This document shows positions 58,703-64,000 of a stretch of 64,000 nt of DNA, piece by piece. Position 1 is the first letter of the stretch, and every line of letters starts with the position of its first letter. Position numbers and translations under genes: made by a program. This DNA comes from Flavobacteriaceae bacterium (lineage in GTDB: Bacteria > Bacteroidota > Bacteroidia > Flavobacteriales > Flavobacteriaceae): the NCBI GenBank assembly GCA_013001965.1, contig JABDLA010000135.1, positions 1,823-65,822 of the forward strand. The letters run 5' to 3'. Below the pieces are notes generated by a model. The model made no database searches, was not told the origin of the DNA, and was given only the letters and a program-made list of their open reading frames with translations.

Positions 58703-59842
58703 ATGATCAATAAACGATTACTTATCAAGAATCTGTTAGCTCACAATGATGAGAATAGCTTCTATGATAAAAAACGAAAGATCGATATTGGTCAGAAGGA
58801 AGGAAAGGCGAAATTTCTAAAACATATTTGTGCGCTTTCAAACAGCAACCCAAAAAACAATTCCTATATCGTTATTGGTGTAGAGGATGAAGACAATAAA
58901 ATTGTTGGTGTTGATTTTTTTGATGATAGCAAAATTCAAAATCTGATTAACGCTTATCTAGCCAATCCGCCCATTGTACAGTATGAAAACATTCCATTTC
59001 CTCACCTACAGGATGATAAGGTCGTTGGGCTGGTTACCATCAGGGCGAAGTCTAACAATGAAATAACTTCATTGAGACGTAATATTTGGAAGTATTACGG
59101 AGGCTCTGTTTTTATGAGGGAAGGCAGTATGAGCATGCCAAAAATATTTGATATTGAGATAAAGGATGTCAATTCAAACCTTGTTGCTGCAATTGAAAAA
59201 CATGCTCAAAACAATATCAAGCACACCTTAGATGGTGTTTTTGATTTCATGAACAATCGAAAAGATTTCAATCCGCAATACCAGATTTTTAAGGAATATT
59301 TTGTGGTGTGCTGGGCCGGACAAAAGAAAGTCGTCAATGAAGAGATTTTCTATTCGCGTGTTGACATTGAACTCATCAATGAACAGGTACGATTGTTCTT
59401 TTCCACCCTGGATGAAGTGGCTATAGAATTTGACGAGAATTCATTTAAAATATTAGAATATGTCAATCTGGGATTGCACAATCAAGATGCCTATTTCCCT
59501 TTAGAAAAAACGATTATTCAGTTTGAGAATAATGCTAACTACAACATGGATACCGACCTGCTTTTTGAACCCCCTCAATATGATAAAAAGGTTTTACATC
59601 ATATTTTTAATTCGAATAATGCCATACTCGAGAAATTAAAAAAAGGTCTTGCACTTCATAAGGATGAAGTTCAAGACCTTAAAAATCTTCCGTTGACCTA
59701 TCTTATTTGTTATTTCAATGACTTTCCAGATGCCCTCGACAAGCTTCAGGAATCTAAATCATATCTAAGACTGCATAGCGATGAAATCTTTGTTCTTTAC
59801 AAAGAGGCCATTCGTATCTTAAGAAAAGTTAAATACAGTTAG
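58703..59842 (+). CDS. Schlafen/AlbA_2 domain protein with uncharacterised C-terminal domain
   Basis: DENSFYDKK...K.ICALSNS...YIVIGVED pattern typical of AlbA_2. Confidence 0.75.
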   Translation: MINKRLLIKNLLAHNDENSFYDKKRKIDIGQKEGKAKFLKHICALSNSNPKNNSYIVIGVEDEDNKIVGVDFFDDSKIQNLINAYLANPPIVQYENIPFPHLQDDKVVGLVTIRAKSNNEITSLRRNIWKYYGGSVFMREGSMSMPKIFDIEIKDVNSNLVAAIEKHAQNNIKHTLDGVFDFMNNRKDFNPQYQIFKEYFVVCWAGQKKVVNEEIFYSRVDIELINEQVRLFFSTLDEVAIEFDENSFKILEYVNLGLHNQDAYFPLEKTIIQFENNANYNMDTDLLFEPPQYDKKVLHHIFNSNNAILEKLKKGLALHKDEVQDLKNLPLTYLICYFNDFPDALDKLQESKSYLRLHSDEIFVLYKEAIRILRKVKYS

Positions 59843-59846
59843 TTGA

Positions 59847-60401
59847 TTATCCCTTTGGTTTCTTAGGACAAACCACTGCGTGTGCAATAACGTAAAGTTC
59901 ACCTGAAACATCATCAATTTTATATGAGACGTAATGTGTTCCTTCAGAATCACTTTGACTATTGCCATATTGTCCTGGAGCTACAGTTTGCTGACCATTA
60001 GGCTTTGTTGGATACTTTTCATTGCCAACATACACATGGGTTTCAAATATTAGATAATCAGCAATTGTCTCATACTCCACTTCAATATAATCATCCATAT
60101 AATTGATTGAAACTGTCCCTACAAGTTCGCCTTTAACTTCCATGCATTTGCCTGCGCCTGCATAAAGTGGATAGGACTCATTGTGTGGTTCACTAATAGG
60201 TCCAATGACCCATCCCCAACGGTTAAACCCGTCATTATTAAAACAGCCTGCCTTAAAAAATCCAAATGCGGTTTCACATCCCTCAGGATCCTTTGCATCA
60301 AATGATGCATCAGAAGGAGCTGAGTAGGATTCAATGTTTTGAGTACAAGAACTAAGAACAAAAAGGGCTAAGACAGAAACAAGAAATAATTTTGATTTCA
60401 T
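59847..60401 (-). CDS. Uncharacterised lipoprotein, circularly permuted relative of 35396-36049
   Basis: Lipobox LSSC; CETAF...RWGW precedes LYAG...THV.VG...PGQY...AHA.V. Confidence 0.78.
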   Translation of the reverse strand: MKSKLFLVSVLALFVLSSCTQNIESYSAPSDASFDAKDPEGCETAFGFFKAGCFNNDGFNRWGWVIGPISEPHNESYPLYAGAGKCMEVKGELVGTVSINYMDDYIEVEYETIADYLIFETHVYVGNEKYPTKPNGQQTVAPGQYGNSQSDSEGTHYVSYKIDDVSGELYVIAHAVVCPKKPKG

Positions 60402-60551
60402 TTTAAGTAAGAATTTGATTAATAGCTTCTTAAAGGTATGAAAAAATCCTATACGGCAAGTCTCAAATTTAAGGATATTGGTTATAGCAAAAAGAATTGC
60501 CTATAAGTTGATGATTTGTGTAGTAAAAATATTACAATTAATAAACAAGTT

Positions 60552-60908
60552 TTAATTTGGAATCAATTCGATATCAACCACTTGTGGAATGACATGGCAT
60601 TCATCAGCATCAACCTGAATAAGCTCGGAAGTAAACATTTGATAGGCGGTTGAACTGACTTCAATAATATAATCCCCGGGGCGTTCACCGGCTCCAATAA
60701 AGGCATCAAAGCCCTCAATGTTCATTAGCTCTTCTTCATAATTTCCATCTCTTGCAACTACAGAAATATTGTCTGTTATTATTTCAGCTGTCTCAGCATC
60801 CTTTACGATTACGTTAAGTCCATAAACAAACTGTTCGGTACAGATCACTTGATTGTCGCTTTCGCATTGGGTCAACAGAATTAGCGCAAAAACTATAAGA
60901 TATTTCAT
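60552..60908 (-). CDS. Small lipoprotein (carboxypeptidase-regulatory-like/Ig fold)
   Basis: Lipobox LTQC, ERPG.Y...V, Cys pair (ICTE / ECHV). Confidence 0.7.
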   Translation of the reverse strand: MKYLIVFALILLTQCESDNQVICTEQFVYGLNVIVKDAETAEIITDNISVVARDGNYEEELMNIEGFDAFIGAGERPGDYIIEVSSTAYQMFTSELIQVDADECHVIPQVVDIELIPN

Positions 60909-60927
60909 GGATTGGAGTTTTTTAAAG

Positions 60928-60955
60928 GATGCAAATTTTTACAAAAGGTTGCGTG
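60928..60955 (-). promoter_or_regulatory. Putative ECF-sigma promoter of the small lipoprotein
   Basis: Minus strand CACGCAACC-N14-GCATC, an AAC...CATC ECF-like layout about 20 nt from the ATG. Confidence 0.45.
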
Positions 60956-60958
60956 CTT

Positions 60959-62149
60959 TTATATAAAATGAAGCTTTTCGAAGGAATTTCCTAAAACGGA
61001 AAGGTCATTAACATTTAGCCATTTATTAAGTACTGTTGCATAAATATTCCTGAAGTCAATTTCAAATTTTATATCGCCATTGGCATCTAACTTTCTTAAA
61101 TTGGCCAAACGGTTGTAAACGCCCTGCTTTTTCAAATTTTTTCCAATGATGAACACATTATTGGCCGCGCCATGATCAGTGCCGTTGGCTGCATTCTGTT
61201 TGACACGCCGTCCAAATTCTGAAAAAGTCAGAATGAGGGTGTCATCGAAGGTTTGGTTGCGTTTCAGATCATTGACAAAAACTTCAATATTGTCTGCATA
61301 GATTTTTAATAACCGTGCCTGGTTCACGGGTTGATTGGCATGGGTATCAAAACCACTTAGGGACGTATAGTAAACCCGGGTTTTTAATCCTGAATTGATA
61401 AATTCGGCCGTTGCTTTTAACTGCTTCCCAAAAATATGTTTCGTGTATTGTCCGCTCGATTTCACCGTTTTACTCGTCTCGTAAATATACCTGGCAGAAG
61501 ATTGAGCTGAAATCATCGATTTATAAAGATAACCCAGGTTATGCTCGCTTAAATGATCATCATGATAATGCTTTAACAACTGTTTAAAATAAGGCTCCCG
61601 AGAAGTATTAAATAAGCGTTTGGCATCATTGGTGGCAATCCCGTTCATATGCTCTCCCTTTAAGGCCAGCGATAAATTTTCATCCACCTCTATGGCATTA
61701 TAAGGTTGCTCACCATATTGATCAAGGTATCTTCCAATCCAGCCAGACTGCAAGAATTGATTTGAATCACTGGCCGTCTGCCATATATCGGTTGATCGAA
61801 AGTGTGACCGGTCTGGATTTGGATAGCCTACGTTATTTAAAATGCTAACATAGCCTTTATCATATAGTCGTTTTAGTGGCAACAGGCTCTTATGAAAACC
61901 TAATTCACTATTAAGCCTGATAATTTCATTAGCCTTCAAGGCTATTTTTGGTCGGTTCCGGTAATAAATATCATTTCTAAATGGAACGACGGTGTTTAAT
62001 CCATCATTTCCTCCTGATAACTGAATAATGACCAGCTTTTTATAGCCCAAGGTGCTGCTTAGAACATCATCAAAGGCCTTGACGAAGCTTGGTACAAGGA
62101 ACAAGCTGCTGGCAAAAGCCGTATTTTTTACAAAATCTCTTCTTTTCAT
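60959..62149 (-). CDS. DUF1501 domain protein with Tat signal
   Basis: MKRRDFVK twin-arginine motif; QLSGGNDGLN, RSHF, GFDTH, SEFGR, GTDHG. Confidence 0.92.
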   Translation of the reverse strand: MKRRDFVKNTAFASSLFLVPSFVKAFDDVLSSTLGYKKLVIIQLSGGNDGLNTVVPFRNDIYYRNRPKIALKANEIIRLNSELGFHKSLLPLKRLYDKGYVSILNNVGYPNPDRSHFRSTDIWQTASDSNQFLQSGWIGRYLDQYGEQPYNAIEVDENLSLALKGEHMNGIATNDAKRLFNTSREPYFKQLLKHYHDDHLSEHNLGYLYKSMISAQSSARYIYETSKTVKSSGQYTKHIFGKQLKATAEFINSGLKTRVYYTSLSGFDTHANQPVNQARLLKIYADNIEVFVNDLKRNQTFDDTLILTFSEFGRRVKQNAANGTDHGAANNVFIIGKNLKKQGVYNRLANLRKLDANGDIKFEIDFRNIYATVLNKWLNVNDLSVLGNSFEKLHFI

Positions 62150-62151
62150 GG

Positions 62152-63525
62152 CTAACACATTTGATATTCGGGTAAAGACATTAACTGGATGCAAAGATCT
62201 CGTTTGGAATTCTTTCCAAGTCCGCTTAAAAATTTACTGGTCCCTTTATTTATCGGTCCGGATAATAGGTGTTCTTTAAGTTTTTCATTGGGCTGTTGTT
62301 GGAAGGACTTCATAAAAACCGACCAGTCTGGATCTACTCCAAATTGGTTTATCGCCCTTTTTCTTTTAATCATTCGAGACATCGCATCATTAAATTCTCC
62401 TTCTTTTTTAAACTGAACAAAGGCTCCGCTCAGTAATATGGCAGGCAATCGTAACCGTAATAGCACCGTATTACTATCAATCCATGCTTTATCGCCTTTC
62501 CATCCCGCAACATTTGGTGGATATAATAATATCTGGCCCAACAGTCTTTGTGCACTAATGATCTTTTGAGGATCCTTGAATTTAAGAGGAACTGTTCTAT
62601 GAATACCAAGAAGCAAATCAACCGGTGATTTTATTTTCGCTCCAATATTGGCTTCATCATAAAACCATGATGACATAAATACAAAGCGCATGAGTTGACC
62701 GATATCATAATTCGGAAAGAAAACGGCAACCATTTCCGAAATATGAGCTTCATTGATATTTTGATTAACGAAATAGCGATAAATTTTTTCGCAAATAAAT
62801 CGGGCGCATTGCTTTTTTGACAAAATGATATCAATGATATCATCACCATCGAAATATCCGCGTTTGCCAAAAAATCGCTTAATACCATGATCATGCTGCA
62901 TCAATCTGATCCTAAAGCCTCCCATAAAATTATGATAATAACCGGTAAAGGCCCTTGCGCTTTCTTTGATATCCTTTTCAGAATAATGCCCGCTTCCCAA
63001 TGTGAACAATTCCATGAGTTCACGTGCAAAATTTTCATTAGGGCTCTTTTTGATATTATGCTTATTGTTCAGGTATATCAGCATGGCCGGTTCTTTTGAA
63101 ATGGCTTTTACAAAATCTCTGAAATTTCCTAATGCATGCCTTCTTAATGTATTGTTATATGCTTGCACATATAAAACATTGTTGTCTTTACAAACGAAAT
63201 GATTTGCCCAAAACAGGGTCATGCGCTCTCTAAGAACCGCCTTTTCACCCGACATACGATGCATCCATGCAATATTCAGTTCCCTGATTTTATCATTGCT
63301 CCTTTTAAAAAATGATCGGACGGCTTTGGGGTCCTTGAATAGTTTTTTTGGATCGATTGATCTAAACTCAGATAAATCGACCTCAAGTTTGTCGTATTGG
63401 CCCGATTCCTCAAAGAGCGAGCCAACAATCTCAGCTCGTGATTTATGTAGTAACTGCTTGTCCTGATTCGGTTTTAATCCGAATCCTGCCCTCCAGTATA
63501 AATGTTTAATATGACTGATCTCCAT
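62152..63525 (-). CDS. DUF1800 domain protein
   Basis: HL..RAGFG, LRERMTLFW.NHF, NENFARELMELFTLG, PPNVAGW, LPEYQ; start set to MEISH. Confidence 0.92.
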   Translation of the reverse strand: MEISHIKHLYWRAGFGLKPNQDKQLLHKSRAEIVGSLFEESGQYDKLEVDLSEFRSIDPKKLFKDPKAVRSFFKRSNDKIRELNIAWMHRMSGEKAVLRERMTLFWANHFVCKDNNVLYVQAYNNTLRRHALGNFRDFVKAISKEPAMLIYLNNKHNIKKSPNENFARELMELFTLGSGHYSEKDIKESARAFTGYYHNFMGGFRIRLMQHDHGIKRFFGKRGYFDGDDIIDIILSKKQCARFICEKIYRYFVNQNINEAHISEMVAVFFPNYDIGQLMRFVFMSSWFYDEANIGAKIKSPVDLLLGIHRTVPLKFKDPQKIISAQRLLGQILLYPPNVAGWKGDKAWIDSNTVLLRLRLPAILLSGAFVQFKKEGEFNDAMSRMIKRKRAINQFGVDPDWSVFMKSFQQQPNEKLKEHLLSGPINKGTSKFLSGLGKNSKRDLCIQLMSLPEYQMC

Positions 63526-63534
63526 TTGTAATTG

Positions 63535-63560
63535 GACTGAATAAAATTGAATTCGTTTAA
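63535..63560 (-). promoter_or_regulatory. Putative ECF-sigma promoter of DUF1800-DUF1501
   Basis: Minus strand TTAAAC-N17-GTC ending 9 nt before the ATG. Confidence 0.45.
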
Positions 63561-63617
63561 TCAATACAAAAACAACGCCAAATTTAAAATGCTTTTCAAA
63601 TTGAAATTTATTTGCAC

Positions 63618-63645
63618 AAAAAAACCGTTTGATTCAAACGGTTTT
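63618..63645 (-). terminator. Intrinsic terminator after the aldehyde dehydrogenase
   Basis: AAAACCGTTTG-ATT-CAAACGGTTTT with a T-run on the minus strand. Confidence 0.8.
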
Positions 63646-63669
63646 AATGTACATATATTTGTGCAATAT

Positions 63670-63999
63670 TTATAAGTCGAACTTTATCCCCTGGGCTAAA
63701 GGCAGGTCAGTAGTATAATTGATCGTATTTGTTTGGCGTCTCATATATACTTTCCAGGCATCGCTTCCCGATTCACGACCGCCACCTGTATCTTTCTCAC
63801 CTCCAAAAGCACCACCAATTTCGGCACCAGAGGTTCCTATATTAACATTTGCGATCCCACAATCGCTTCCGGCATGTGAAAGAAAACGTTCGGCTTCTCT
63901 AAGATTATTCGTCATAATAGCTGAAGACAGACCTTGTGCAACACCATTTTGTACATCAATGGCATTTTCAACATCACCCGAATATTTTAAGAGATATAA
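63670..63999 (-). CDS. Aldehyde dehydrogenase, ALDH7/antiquitin-like; 3' part only, runs off the window
   Basis: [35 protein letters not shown]-terminus. Confidence 0.9.
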   Translation of the reverse strand, partial: LYLLKYSGDVENAIDVQNGVAQGLSSAIMTNNLREAERFLSHAGSDCGIANVNIGTSGAEIGGAFGGEKDTGGGRESGSDAWKVYMRRQTNTINYTTDLPLAQGIKFDL

Positions 64000-64000
64000 A

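Noticed and set aside
63612..63666. Outer inverted repeat TTGCACAAA/TTTGTGCAA around the ALDH terminator, considered as a MITE or REP
   Set aside because: Single short copy with no target-site duplication and no second instance in the window.

Overview
AT-rich chromosomal segment from a member of the Flavobacteriaceae (Bacteroidota). Supporting signs are the split atpD-atpC pair, TAnnTTTG promoters, a T9SS cargo protein plus porZ, and the bat operon. About 56 intact CDS are present. I saw no tRNA, rRNA, CRISPR array, IS element or prophage. Housekeeping genes (atpDC, recX, recO, gdhA, yicC-gmk-nadD, gpsA, pheS, moxR-batA-E) are interleaved with accessory modules: (1) a LexA-like XRE/S24 repressor divergent from a dnaE2-dinB mutagenesis operon, with a perfect operator palindrome in a 59-bp control region; (2) an AraC regulator carrying a Cys-Pro motif, divergent from a TonB receptor-hmuY heme uptake pair; (3) a SulP/BicA-type transporter plus beta-carbonic anhydrase, preceded by a small membrane-anchored ORF ending in RPP (candidate ribosome-arrest leader peptide); (4) three related uncharacterised lipoproteins, one an apparent circular permutation of the other two. 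Items 2-4 are the best candidates for undescribed biology. All functional claims about them are inference from reading the sequence by eye.
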